A DNA stretch of 64,000 nucleotides, taken from Camelus dromedarius (taxonomy: Eukaryota). The stretch is taken from contig NC_087436.1 in assembly GCF_036321535.1 (NCBI RefSeq), positions 96,412,001-96,476,000 of the forward strand, written 5' to 3'. Each line of letters begins with the position of its first letter. The first letter of the stretch is position 1. The position numbers and the translations under genes are program-made. Below, piece after piece: positions 1 through 12,818 of the stretch. The notes under the pieces are model-generated. The model had not been told where the DNA came from. It did not search any database and worked only from the letters and a program-made list of their open reading frames with translations.

Positions 1-461
1 GCAACAGGCTCACAAATGAATAAGCATCACTCATCTGGGGGTTTATGGGTCAGAATTCCTGAGCCACCACCTTGCATCCTCAGGGCTCCCCTTGGGAGAT
101 CCATGAAGTGAATTCAGATGATCTTGTTATTGAGAAAGAAGCTTTTACACAGTTTGCAGAAATGTCAGCCCAAAGCGCTGGAAGATCCACTGTCAATGTT
201 ACATATGTTCACTGCTTCCATCATCCCTCACCCCTGACACAATCTCCTTAAACCTGCGGCACTGGCTGTCACTCATTTATACTAGCATAATATGATATCC
301 AATGTAGCACACCATTTTGCTTTTGATATTTTGGAATCATAGAACAGTATTTCATCGCCCTCCTCAAAGAGCTCTATGGCTCCTGGGTGCTCTGGCTCCT
401 GAACTTATGTGGAAACTAAAAGTCTAGGCCAGTATTTTTAGGATGTACTATATATATATTG

Positions 462-575
462 TTTTGGGGGGATAATTAGGTTTTTCTTTATTTTAATGGA
501 AGTACTGGAGAATTGAACTTAGGACCTCATGCATGCTGAGCATGCACTCTACCACTGAGCTATCCCCTCCCCTCC
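462..575 (-). mobile_element. tRNA-derived SINE, Vic-1-like (camelid)
   Basis: The reverse complement reads GGGGAGGGGATAGCTCAGTGGTAGAGTGCATGCTCAGCATGCATGAGGTCCTAAGTTCAATTCTCCAGTACTTCC followed by an A-rich tail. It has A-box and B-box-like motifs and resembles the camelid Vic-1 SINE. Confidence 0.8.
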
Positions 576-939
576 ATAAAATATATTTCAGTAAAGATAA
601 AAATTTTCAAGGTGTCAGAAGTACTTCCAATTTCTTTCAAATACCAAATCCTAAATGAAGACATGGGAATACTTCTTGCTTGAAATATATGTGTCAGGAG
701 CTTTTTAATAATTACAAAAAGCAACATAAATGGATGCATCTTGGAAACTAGAAAGCCTATATGCGTAAAGCATTATTGCACCTTTTTGCTGATGTGTTCT
801 ATTATTTTGTTCTTTAGCTTCTGTATTTATGTGTTTCATCTCCTTAACAGAACTATAAATCCATCAAAGTAGGGATTAGAGCTGCCACCCACTGGGAACC
901 CTCATGGTGCCAAGCAGTTTTATGTGTAAGTATAAGCAC

Positions 940-1145
940 CTGGAGAGCTAAGACTTGGTTTCATATCTTGGCTTCACTACCTTTTTGAATGTGTGACCAA
1001 GAACAAGTTACTCAATGACGTTATTTCTCTAAGTCTCAGTTTTCTTATCTATAAAATGGGTATAATACTATCTATCTCAGGATTTCTCTACAGATTAAAT
1101 GTGGTAAGTAAGGTACCTGTCAGATGGGAGTTACTTAGTAACTGT
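940..1145 (+). mobile_element. MIR SINE
   Basis: MIR core: tgtgtgacc...aagttac...ctcagtttttcttatctataaaatgggtataata...gattaaatg. Confidence 0.75.
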
Positions 1146-2375
1146 TAGATTTCTTCTCCTGCTTACTTTCTGAAACTTGTTGGAAAAGAACACCTACAAC
1201 TTCTATTTATTTGGGCTTACTGCACCTGAATACACTGTGCTGCATATTCACTCTTTTCAAATGATGATAACATCTCACCGATACTGCACTGCTGAATTGC
1301 TGCTGTTACTTTGAGCCTGTGCTTAATGACTCACAGGAGACTTTATCCTACGGTTTCACAGAAATCAAAGAGCTTCTTCTCTTCCAGGTCTAAAATCAGA
1401 GAAATGTGTCCTTTTGTGATTAATAACATGTGGTTATTAGCAAACCCATACCCCAACCTGAGGTCTTGTTTTTAGGTGTTATAGGTGAGCACTCCTGGGC
1501 TCTTTACAAATTCCATTAGTCATTGGTTAATTCCTTCATTGATAATGCTAAATTACCCCACATATGAAGCATCTGTTCAGAATAAGAATAAGATTCTGAC
1601 AGGGTCTGGACAATTGACCAGCTCTCCATGTCTAGACAGAGGCTGTCAGGGAGCATTAACAGACAGTGAGCCAAACCTTCCCTAAAATCTAATTTACCAA
1701 ATGTTATTTCTACATGATGTAATTTAGCAGTCAGTTTTCCTTCATTGGTGTGACATCTCTCTGTTGGGGTCTCTGACTCCATCTCTTTCTCTTCTAAAAT
1801 ACCTGGAATCTGACTTGCTGACTTTGGACTATTTAACCTAATTCTTGGGTTGGCATAGTGTTGACCGAAAAGCCCACTCCTTCCCAATGTTCCCTTCACC
1901 TAAGTTTGAAATTCCTGACATTCAAGTCACATCTTTACATCAGCATTTATGATGCACTGTTTCTGTTCTCTTAGAATACTATTATGGTGCTGGTGGTGGT
2001 ACATGTGTGGGTGGAGAGAGTCCTGTTTGACATTTTGAGACTGAGACTCACAGTTGACAATATGAGTTTGACAAAAGACTTAAAAAAGCATTTCAATTAT
2101 TTTCTGTGCTCCAGCCAGTGTTCTTTGAATATTACCGGAATACAAAATCCACTAGAACACAGGTTTCACAGGGGCAGAAATTTGTGTATTTTGTTCACCT
2201 GTGCATAACAGGGCCTGTCACATGTTAGATATGTGATGAATAAAAGTTCTAAAAGTAGAAGAAAACAGTGAGATTTCTTTAACAGGCAGTTTATTCCATT
2301 TTCATTTATCCTTGTCCTGCTTCACTTTTCTTTATGTAAAAATAGAATTTTAAAAGGTGTATAAGGAAGAGGAGA

Positions 2376-3158
2376 CTGCAAGTTTGTACCTCTCAATCCC
2401 CTTCACCTAATGTGCCCACCTTTCCACCATCCCCTTTCTGGTAACCATCCATTTGTTCTTTGTATCTGAGTCTGTTTTCATTTTGTTTTGTTTATTTGTT
2501 TATTTTTTTTAGATTCCACATACACGTGAGGTCATACGGTATTTATCTTTCTCTGTCTGACTTATATATCATGTAGTATAATACCCTGAAGACACAGCCA
2601 TACTGTCACAAATGGTAAGATTTCAGTTTTTATGGCAGAGTAATATTCCATTATATATACAAACACCACATCTTCTTTCTTTCTTTATCTATTGATGGGT
2701 GCTTGAGTTGCTTCCATACCTTGGTTATTGGAAATAATGCTGCAGTGAACATTGGGGTGCATATATCTTTTCAGATTAGTGTTTTTGTTTTCTTTGGGTA
2801 AAAACCCAGAAGTAGAATTGCTGAATTGTATAGTGGTTATATTTTTAAGTTTGTAAGGAACCTCCATACTATTTTTCATAGTGGCTGCACCAAGTTACAA
2901 TCCTACCAGCAGTGCATGAGGATTCTCTTCTTCCACATTCTTCCACATTCTCGCCAACACTTTTTAAAATAAACCACAGGGAAGTAATATACAGCATACG
3001 GAATATGCTCAATGATACTGTAATAATTTTGTGTGGGGCAGGTGGCTATTAGGCTCTTATCATGGTGATCATTTCATAATGTGTGTAAAAGTCAAATCAT
3101 TATGTGTTTCATCTGAAACTAACATGACATTTACATCAACTAATTTCAATTAAAAAAA
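2376..3158 (+). mobile_element. 5'-inverted (twin-primed) truncated L1: 2376-~2960 antisense, ~2965-3158 sense 3' UTR and A tail
   Basis: The minus-strand ORF2 end and 3' UTR stop at ...gaggtacaaacttgcag. The plus-strand piece resumes with the next L1 3' UTR sequence (taaaataaaccacagggaagtaatatacagcat...tcaattaaaaaaa). Candidate TSD: aaggaagaggaga (2363-2375) / aaagaagtggaga (3156-3168). Confidence 0.8.
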
Positions 3159-5604
3159 GAAGTGGAGAGGGCATTGGACCACTTCTTTGTGCTCATGGCT
3201 TGAAGCTTGTTCCCTCCTCTACAGATGGTGTGGTAAGTTGAAAGAGCACGCAGGGCTTCATAGGAAGAGCTGCTTTTTGTGAAATGCTAAGAGGAAGTCT
3301 GTGCAGCTGCAGCATTTTGGGGTAGCCTGTGGGAAGTTCTTACTCCTATGCTGAATGTAAACTAATCTACGAACTGATGATGAATCCCCAGTTGCAGTGG
3401 TCTTTCCCTAACAGTAACTTTCACAAATATCAATCCCACATTTGTAAATGAATGTCCTACCTGCCTCTGAGCTGAAAGTGGATCACTTCAAAGTATTGCA
3501 TGGAGAAAAGATGAGCTTCCAGCAAACTGAAGAGTTTCTTCTAAAAGTCTCTTAGTAAGAAACGTCTTTGAGACATAGCTTCGACATCCATGTAAAGAAA
3601 GAAATAATAATCCTGCTCAGTGAACATTAGCTGAATGAATGAAATATTTATTGTATTAATGAGAAAACATGAGTGTATTAGTGACTCAAGATATATGTTT
3701 CTGTACTGGGAGGTGGACTGCAGGGTGTAGTGAGGGCTCATTAGTCTGAGACGGAAGATGTGGGCTCAGTCTTGGGGATGTTACTCATTCTGTGTGTGTG
3801 GCACTTCTGGCTTCCATCCAATCATCTATTACTCAAAGCTCTAATTTCCCTTTGGGGAATTCAAAGTTCCCTTGTTCTCAGACACGTGATTTGGGTCGAT
3901 TAACCCCAGTCAGCACTAAGGATATTCCCATGTGGGTGTTTGGAAGACTAGATGAGTTAGTATATGCAAAGCACTTAAACAATGTCTGCTGGCACTTCAT
4001 AAGTGTGGTTGTTGTTACATAGACCTACATTTCCTTTGTTTATGAATTACTTCTATAGGATTTTGCAACAATACAAATCATTAGAATAAATGACATTCTG
4101 CTTCTGTATCTTAAACTCCACAGCTTCTTTTCTCATTTATGAACTCATTCAACCAACTAGCCAATCAGTTTTTACGATGCAGCTGGTACATGCACTACAT
4201 TAGTTACAGAAGAGTACAAAGGCAAAGAGAACATGGTTTATGTTTCCATGGAGCTCACTAGATACTTACTCAGAACTTCCTTCACCTAAGGGGCCTGAAG
4301 CCAAGACAGTCACACTTGGTGCTAATGAATAAAATGTATATAGTTGCAGTGGGAAAAAGGCCCATTTTTATCTACTCATGATTTAATTGGATTAACTAGA
4401 AGATTTGATAAGTCCTATTTTGCAGGAGTCCTCTCCACCCTGGGAGAATCCCAGTGTCTAGTATACAGGGTGGTATGATGTATGGATTCAGTTGCTTGAG
4501 GGATCCTTTTAAATTGAGGTACATAAAACCCACTATATCTCACTGTTTTCAACAGTATCACAGGATCTCACAAAAGCTTTCTTTGGCCCCTGTGGAAAAT
4601 TCTGTAATTTTTAATTATATTTTATGGGATCATATTCAAAAGAAATAGCATATTTGGCTTGCCTAATCATAGCTGCAGGGTTGAGAAGGTAGACTTTTAA
4701 ACTCAGTATGTCTTACAAATGAAGGTTGAATCTTTTATTACACTCCAGTTATCGCTCTTATTTCCCCATTGTGTAATTTATTGGGGAAAAATTCTATCAT
4801 GACAGGTATATGTAATTGTCTCATGATATTGCTACAATATTTTTTAAAATGTATAAAGTGAGGGTTAATGAAACATATGAAGTTTGGAGAATCTTCAGAC
4901 TCTGCAGTTCTGGGAATAAATACTATGGGCATTTCTTTCCTCTATTTGGAAGCATCTCTGTCCCAATCCTTTTGTTCCGGCAAGCTTCCACTCAGTCCTT
5001 CAGTACCCACTTCAGATATCATCCTCTCTGCACTCCTTACTCTGAGTATTTCCTCCTCAGAGGTAAATTATACTTTGTAAGTATCACTGTCATTGTTTCA
5101 TCCTATTGCACTGTAGATACTTATCTGATCAGCCTAGATTTGTTTCCAGGTCATGAGTTCCTGGAAGGTAAGGCTGATGCCTCAGTTATCATAATCATAG
5201 ATAGTAAGTTGCTTATTCCAGAGTATGGTTTCAGTAAATATCTGTGGAATGAGTGAACAGGTATCCTCATTCCATGACCTGATCAGGCTTTGGGATTACA
5301 TGGAAATTAGACGGTGTATGTCTGAAGGCTCAGAAGCATTAATGAATCAGCTTATAAAGACTTGAATTAATGATTTGGTGGGTGGGCTCAATCCTCCTGC
5401 TAATATTTTTGGGAACATCTATGATTCTGTGATACTGTCCCCAAGTCTAGGGCAACAGATGCATACTGAGCTATAAAAATTAAAGATATGCATGTATTTT
5501 GCTATAACACAAATTTTATTACTATATAAAATGTTATCCTTACACTGTATTTGAAATTTGGGTTTGTGAGCTATTAGCTCTTGAAAAATAATTTGAATGT
5601 ATGC

Positions 5605-6210
5605 ATTCCCATGCTTACTACAGCATTATTCACAACAGCTAAGATAGGGAAACAATGTTAAGTGTCCATCAGTGGATGAATGGATAAAGAAGATGTGGTG
5701 TATATATACAATGAAATATTATTCACCCATGAGAAAGAAGGAAATCTGACATTTGGGACAACATGGATGGACATTATGTGCATTATGCTGAGATGGCAGA
5801 CAGAGAAAGATAAATACTGTATGATCTCACCTACATGTGGAATCTAAAAAAGTCAAACTCAAAGAAACAGTAGAATGGTGGTTACCAGGGGCCAGGAGTC
5901 AGGGAACTGGGGAGATATTGCTTAAGGGTAAAAACTTGCAGATAGTAGATAAATAGGTTATGGAGATCTAATACACAACATAGTGATAGTCAACAATATT
6001 GTATTATAAACTTCAAAGTTGCTAAGAGACAAGATCTTAATTGTTTTCACCACCAAAACAAGTTAGAATTATGCGATGTAGAAGAGGTGTTAGTTAATGC
6101 CATGGTGGAAATTATACTGCAATACATAAATGTATCAAATCAACACATTGCACACCTTAAATTTACCCAATGTTATGTGTCAGTTATATTTCAATAAAGA
6201 AAGGAAAAAA
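5605..6210 (+). mobile_element. L1 3' end (older L1MA/L1MB-like)
   Basis: cagcattattcacaacagctaagatagggaaacaa...atggataaagaagatgtgg...gtggttaccagggg...caataaagaaaggaaaaaa. Confidence 0.85.
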
Positions 6211-6324
6211 GAGAATGGATGTGATAGTCATTATGCAATGCATAAAAAGTCAAAACAAAAATCTGCATTTAGTTACTACTTGAGAAGGCCTGATCTTTTT
6301 CATAATCACATAGTAACAGAGACT

Positions 6325-6775
6325 GTAGACTGGGTACCTCCCAAACCTCCTTTCCTTTATCTTCCTCTTCTTTAGAGAATACAAAGCTGAAACATCTTCT
6401 CAGATCTCCCTGCAGCTAGTGTTGGCCATAGCATGCATTTCTAGCCAAATGAGACAAAGGCAAAAATATCCAAGGAGGCCTTCCTTTCCCACAGTAAAAG
6501 ACAAGACCTACATCTTCCTCCTTGCAACATGAACATGATGCCTGTAGGAGCAAAAGCCGTATGATACCAAGAGGAGTAATGACACAACCAGAGATGACAG
6601 TGTAGGAAGATGGAAGAAGACTGAGTCATGGAAGATACCACTGAGCCATCCCACCAGTCCTGCATTGCCTTCTTGGGTCTTCCTATGATGTGCGCTTAAA
6701 AGATTCCTTACTTGTTTAAGCCATTGCAGTGGAATTTTCTGTTCCTCTCAGCCAAAGGCAAACAGATTGGATACA
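6325..6775 (+). mobile_element. Old ERVL/MaLR-class solo LTR (LTR16/MLT1-like)
   Basis: ccctgcagctagtgttggccat...ttctagcca...aacatgatgcctgtaggagc...ttccttacttgtttaagccattgcagtggaattttctgtt...cagccaaaggca. Confidence 0.6.
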
Positions 6776-6789
6776 CGTTGCAGTAGGAC

Positions 6790-7200
6790 AGGCTGGTGTG
6801 TGCTCCAGTAAATGAACAACCTGGAACTCTCAACGGCTACACACAGAAGGACTTAATTTGTCGCTGTGCTTGCTGTTGCAGGTATGCCTGCTGTGGTTTA
6901 GGTGACTCCCTAAAGGGTGGTTTCCCCGGTGTCAGCTCAGCATTCCAGCTCTCATGGCAATTTTATGTCATCACGTGCCCCCTCAACACTGCAGAAGGGG
7001 AAAGAAGCAGAGTTGGAGATTCGATCAAGTCCAGTTAAATACTCTGGCAGAAGTGACACACTTCATATCTACACACATTTCTTTGGCCTAACCAAATCAC
7101 CTGGCCAGGACTAACCTCAAGCACGTAGAGAAGAACGGTATCCTTACACATCAGGAAAGAGGAACCTGGAAACATTGGGAAACATCACTAATGTTTTCCC
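6790..7200 (-). mobile_element. Old MaLR LTR fragment (MLT1-like)
   Basis: agaagtgacacacttcatatctacacacatttctttggcctaaccaaatcacctggcca resembles reverse-strand MLT1 motifs. Confidence 0.5.
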
Positions 7201-7467
7201 CACACACCTCATAGATCTTAATTGTCAGTTGGAAACTACAGAAGTAATTATTGAAAAAAAATCACAGGGCAAAGACGTTAGGATAGTTTGATAAAATAAG
7301 TGTGTTAAAAGCAAAATCTTCCAGTTCTAGTAGATACTACTATCCTCTTATCTTTTCTACATGGTATTGATTCAGAGTGGAGTTTTGCTAGTAATTGGCA
7401 TGGAAGGCAGGTGTAATGCTCACAAGAGGTACACAACACAGTAGAACTTGGAGACATTCTCACTTAC

Positions 7468-7521
7468 TTGCTGGTGATTTTCCACGGTTCTCTTATTTTT
7501 CTCCTCCAAACGTTGAATCTG
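7468..7521 (-). other. Candidate 54-nt internal exon (host transcript unidentified)
   Basis: Minus strand: ttcatctttatactcacag|CAGATTCAACGTTTGGAGGAGAAAAATAAGAGAACCGTGGAAAATCACCAGCAA|gtaagt. It lies in non-repeat sequence, is a multiple of 3, is purine-rich and has 2 CpGs. Phase 0 translates as QIQRLEEKNKRTVENHQQ. Confidence 0.35.
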
Positions 7522-8789
7522 CTGTGAGTATAAAGATGAAATAGGAAGAAATGCTGCTGATCTGTAATTGCTCAGAACACTTTCCAGCTGCCCTCTCAGC
7601 AGGTCCTTCTGTGTCACTTGTTTTCTCACCATTGTAACTCCAGTAAAGTGATTTTTAAAAGTCTCTGGGAGTTTGGTAAACAGAATTGAGTTGACCCATG
7701 ACTCAGAACACCAAGCTTTCACGGGGAGTCAGTGCAGGAGTTGTCAGCACACCAGAGGGTAGTTAGCTCAAATTGTGGAAGTTATCAGCCGATAAAACTG
7801 CCTTTCTATAAGTAGTGCTTGAGTGGGTTATCGTGGACATACAGTAAGAGTAACAAGAAAATGAGGAAGTGTGTGGGGGAAAAAACTCCTATCACAGGGT
7901 TAGGTCTGCTGCTGGGTGTGATGTTCTGTGCTGTGGTGATCTTTGAAGTCAGACACGTGAGGTTTCTATTTCAGCCTTGATGCTTTCTAGTTGGATATCT
8001 TAATGACCTCCTCTCCTTAAATCTCAGTTTCCTCATCCGTGCAATGGAGTGACACCTCCTATCTCACAAGATTTCTGGGAGGATAGACAATTGTAAAAAT
8101 ATAAGATTTATTTGCTTTATTGTTTTATTGCTTTTTCCTGTCCCATGTGGGTTTATTTTTATCAGTAGAGGGAAAATAATTGAGCGTAAGTTGGTGTAGA
8201 TTTTTCAGGATCAGAGTAATTCTTTTAAAGTTCTTCTCTAAAAGTTCTTCTTTTAAAATTTTATATTTCATTGAAAGGTTTCAGACTTAAAAGAAAAAAT
8301 TCAGTTCCTTTCATCTTAGAAGTCTTTAGAAAATTATGTGATAAAAGTTAACATTTAAATTCATTTTTGGGGGGCTTCAAATACGTGGTCACAATGCAGG
8401 GGAAAAATATTTCTATTTAACTCTGGACTTGCTCTTTCTGTTGGAGGTGAGACTTACTGGTGTCAGGGAAGAGCTGTGATTTTAAGCCAGACAGACATCA
8501 GGGAGATGCAGGTGAGAAACTGAGAAATTGTTGGTTGGGCAGGATGGATTCCAGCAGGGATGACATCTTGAAAGCCTCAGATGGAGATTGTGATGGGTTC
8601 TGACCACATCCAAATGCAGTAGCACATAGTGGCTCAGGCAGATGAGGTTGAGAATATGGCCTTGAAGAGGGGAAGTGTGCAGAAATAAAGAAGAGTTGGA
8701 GGGTGATACAGGATGGCAATAATGATCATAACTGCAGCTAATAAATACTGAACCACAGCATGATAATGTGCTAATGATAATAAAAATGG

Positions 8790-9010
8790 CTAGCATTTAT
8801 TTGGGACTGACTATGGGTTGGGTGATATGCCAAGTGCTTTCTAATAGCCATCTCATTCAATCTTCAAAATAACCCTATGTGACAGTGTCTATCATTATCC
8901 TCACTTTATAGACAAGGAAACTGCAGCTTCTTCATTTCAAGTATCTTCCCCAAGGGAGTAAATGGTCAAGTCACAGTTGGAACTCAGCTCTGCTTGATTA
9001 TGAGTTGTGT
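8790..9010 (-). mobile_element. MIR SINE
   Basis: agcatttatt...gccaagtgcttt...ctcattcaatcttcaaaataaccctatg...atcctcactttatagacaaggaaactg. Confidence 0.75.
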
Positions 9011-10999
9011 TTCTTATCCCTTGCTTTGCCAGACTGTCTCCATTTTGGTGAGGTTGCAAGAGCCCTTTGGCTTCTCAAAAAAGCTGCTGAGATCAGACAT
9101 GAGATAGCAAAGGAATAAAGGTGGAGCAGTTAAGAGAGGGCATTGTAATTAGAGTTTGACTGCATTATGTGAGGAAGGTGGAATTGCCATGTGACTGTCT
9201 CTGGTTTAACCCATCATTATGGAGCCATCCCAGCTCTTTCCTGGTCCTGTCTTCTTTGGCTCCTATTTGGCCACTCTGGTGGATCTTGAATGCTTTCACC
9301 ACTCTCAAAATAATGAGTGGAGAATCTGCTCTCTTAGTTGCCTAAAAATGTGATTTTAAAAGTGATAAATGCTGAGATCAGCACTGAGTTGCCAATCTTT
9401 GGGAAATGTTAAAGCTGGATCCTTCCTTTCTTCCTGGAGTACAGAGTACTGAGAGAAAATATGTGTAATGCCTGAAAGCTGGTACCTACTCGATTCAATG
9501 CCAGAGCAACCTCATAGAAAATAGACAGAATTTCAGCAACCATAAGTAATTTCAAAGCCATCCAAGTCATTTATATGTATTCTTGTATTTCTCAAGCATC
9601 AAGATTCTTAGAATGCCCATTCAGTGCTAAGAATCTCCAATTTCCTGTCCCATTCCCTGCCTTCATGTACAGCGGCTGGTCCCCTACCTCTTACTTCAAA
9701 CTCCCCCAGTAACTTCTCTTCTAGCCTAAGTCTGCATACTCTCATCTTTCCCCTCTGCATCACAGAGCTTCTTCTCTCATGGAGGGGGACCCAAAGAGAG
9801 TGAGAAGGTCAAGGTCAAATCCTCATTAGTGGGCTGCAGAAGAGGAAGCCTGGAAAACCCTTATATTAATGACTTGTCCCCTAACACAAGTACTGTTGTT
9901 GACTGTCAACTCCTGAAACAGGGAGAGAGAGTGTGTAGGGCAGCTGCTTTCACATACGGCATAGAAAGCACTGTGGTGGCTTTAGTAGACCAGTTTGCCA
10001 TCTTTGACATGCAGGCCCGCAGTTTCTGATTATCCAGAGAATCGTGAAAGGCTATTAGTTTAAATTTAATTTTGCACTGGAGAATGCTCCTAATGTAGGC
10101 AGGCTTACTGAGGAAGCTCTCAATCATGCTCAGATATTCACTGCGGGACATGTGAAGTCCCTAGAAGTAATTCATACTCAGTGGTCCAGAAAGAAGGACC
10201 CCCAGGAGGAAAAATAAAAGTATCTTTCTCTCATACAAACAAAGTGTATTATTGCTTCAAGCCAAGCACCTACAGTTCATAATTGTATCTCATTAACGTT
10301 AACCCTAGCGTCACTGCAGCACTGCTCAGTGCAGAAGGCAGACGTTTATTAACTTGAGGCCATATGGAAAGCTTGATAGATTTTACTACTGTGCCCAAGA
10401 GAGTACTTTAAAAAATATAATTGGTGCTTAGCAAATTGAATGCATATTTTGATCGTAAGCAATACTTTCCTACTCAGGTTTAGTGCATCATTTACTGAAT
10501 GAAGCCACAGTGCAAGAGTTATGAATCAGCTAAACATTTTAAGGTAAGAACTTGTAGATAATTCCAGAGCTATGCATAAAATTTTAAAAAGGGGTGTGAT
10601 AACTGTATTTTTGGAAGATGGTACTTGTAAGAATCAAGGTTTATACTATTAGAGTGGAAAATAAGAAAAATAAGGTTGACTTAATTTAGTTTCCCATCAA
10701 TATAAATAAGGGATACACATAAGTTGACCTAGAGTTTAGTGGTCCCATAAAATAGCAGGATTTATATGTGGGCTGAGAAGACTGTGATCATATATATGCT
10801 TGGTTTTATAGAATAAGCTGCAGCAATAATAACGGTAAAAAAGGGGACCATAAATGACTAAAACACCTCAATAACTGCAAACCTCACCGGGACCAACAAT
10901 CCAACAGTTTCCCCGTAAAACTTTTTATCTGCATGCCTCATATGTAGGTAAAACAGAGAGATTTGTATTTCTTGTTTGAGGCACCAACTGAAAATTTAT

Positions 11000-11420
11000 G
11001 TCCACTTCCATTAGTCCCCATTTTCCTTTAGCAATAGAACCTCTCAGACTTTGACTGGGCACACTGCTGTTAACCAGGTAATGACTAAATTCCTAAAGCT
11101 CTTTTGTGATTAGATAGTCTGACTAAGTTCTAAATGGGATTTGAGAAGCTGTGACTGTGCAATTTCTACCAAATACCCTGTAAATGAAGACGCATGCTTG
11201 TGCTTTGCCTCTCCAGCTTGCTGGATGCAGACATGAGGATGGGAGTGGAGTGGCCACTTTGGAAGCAGGGATGCAGACTGCATGTTGAGAATGGTGGAGC
11301 TACTCTCCCCTAGGTCTTGTCCACCATTCCTGGGCTATTGCATGAGAAAGAGACACTTAGATCTTGTTGAACCTATGTGCTTTGTATTCTCTTTGTTATA
11401 AGAGCTTAGATTGTGCCATG
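11000..11420 (+). mobile_element. Old ERVL/MaLR-class LTR (LTR16/MLT1-like)
   Basis: ccccattttcctttagcaatagaacctc...gactaagttcta...tggatgcagacatgaggatgggag...atcttgttgaacc...ctttgttataagagc. Confidence 0.5.
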
Positions 11421-11983
11421 ATTAATATAGAATTCTAATATTTGTGCCCATTCTTTGGGAGAGGGTTGCCAATGAGTAATCAAGTCCTCTCACAAAGGCC
11501 ATTGGAAGGAGAAGGACCCTCAAGTCAGTGCGCTGTGCCTTCTAAATGGTGATGTGAATAAAGCACATCAGAATCAAAGGGAAGATGTCATTCATTCTGT
11601 GTAAGATGTTCAGGAAAGCCTTACAGAAAAAAGTGACATTTGCATTGAGATTTGAATGATAAGTTGGCATTTGCCAGTTGGGGAATATCTGAACTAACAC
11701 ATAGAAGGATGTGGGAAAAATGTAGACATTCTGATAAGATTGTAAAAGTAATTCTATGAGGCTGTATTTTCAAGACCACTGTAAGCCTTGTTAAGGAGTT
11801 TGGGCTTCATTCCATAAGCACTGGAGAAGTGTCAGACAATTTGAAATTATGGAATTGAATGGATCCAATCTGTGTTTGGAAAAAATATTCTGGCAGCACT
11901 GAAGGAGAAAGATAGGAAAGTGGAAGCAGGGCACCAAAATTTCCAGGGTCCTGCCATTCACCTAATTTTTGCCAAGGATCCTT

Positions 11984-12034
11984 TCTGTCTGTCTGTCTGT
12001 CTGTCTGTCGATTGATTGATCGATCGATCGATCG

Positions 12035-12079
<45 letters not shown>
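11984..12079. repeat. Compound tetranucleotide microsatellite (TCTG)n-(GATT)n-(GATC)5-(TATC)n
   Basis: Read directly from the sequence. Confidence 0.95.
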
Positions 12080-12229
12080 CTTACATAACTTACACTAAGT
12101 ATATTTCAAAATTTGCCTTACTGTATTATATTTTTAGCATGTAAAAGAAACATACCTTATTTTTTTTAAAGTTTGTATATGTACCTCTTTAAACTCTCCT
12201 GTGTACCTCCATGGTACACATAGCAAACT

Positions 12230-12495
12230 CAGGACAAATATTCAGCTGGTACACATTGGTGTACCTTTTACTTTGCTAAGATATTGAAATAACATCCTTC
12301 CAGCTTCTTAAATTGCTTTCCTGAGCTCCTGAGTGTCACCAGCTCCCATAGCTCTGGCTGTCTAGGAACACAGGACCTTCTGATCTAGCCACCAGGGTGT
12401 CTGCAGGGCTTTGTCCTGTACTGCAGCTGACTTCTGCTCTGATTGGTCAAGCCTAGGCAAAATTAGTTTTTAAATATTTTGAATAGCAACTCTGG
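12230..12495. mobile_element. hAT-Tip100 (Arthur1/MER69-like) remnant
   Basis: Terminal motif tctgattggtcaagcctaggcaaaattagtttttaaatattttgaatagcaactctg. Confidence 0.45.
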
Positions 12496-12818
12496 AAGCA
12501 CATGTACAGATCACAGAGGACTTTTGCTATAAAAGCAGCAGGAGGAAAGGGGAGAAAGGAACAAATTTGGAACAAGTTTTGAACATAAAATGTAGAGGAC
12601 TTGGTGACTGATTAAATGTGAGAGTGAAGAAGAGGAAGTGTTAAAAACTCTGGGATTTTAGTTTGTGTGAATGGACAGCTGGTGATGCCATTAACTCGAA
12701 AATTGATACAGGGTGCATAAACTTGAAGAGGGGACATAATGAGTGTGATTTTAGACATGCGGAGATTGAGATGCCATTACAACACCCATGTGGAGATAGT
12801 TCAGAACTGGTTGGATAC

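Noticed and set aside
1516..1899. 127-aa minus-strand ORF
   Set aside because: Non-ATG start, no recognisable domain, includes a MIR-like stretch and has no convincing splice sites; consistent with a chance ORF.
4816..5256. 146-aa plus-strand ORF
   Set aside because: Non-ATG start, overlaps L2-like sequence and has no protein family resemblance.
7745..7765. CTCF-like motif acaccagagggtagt
   Set aside because: Mismatches at key core positions; cannot be supported without ChIP or conservation data.
9906..10151. 81-aa ORF in repeat-poor sequence
   Set aside because: No recognisable homology or exon boundaries. The region could be conserved non-coding DNA, but that cannot be seen without alignment.
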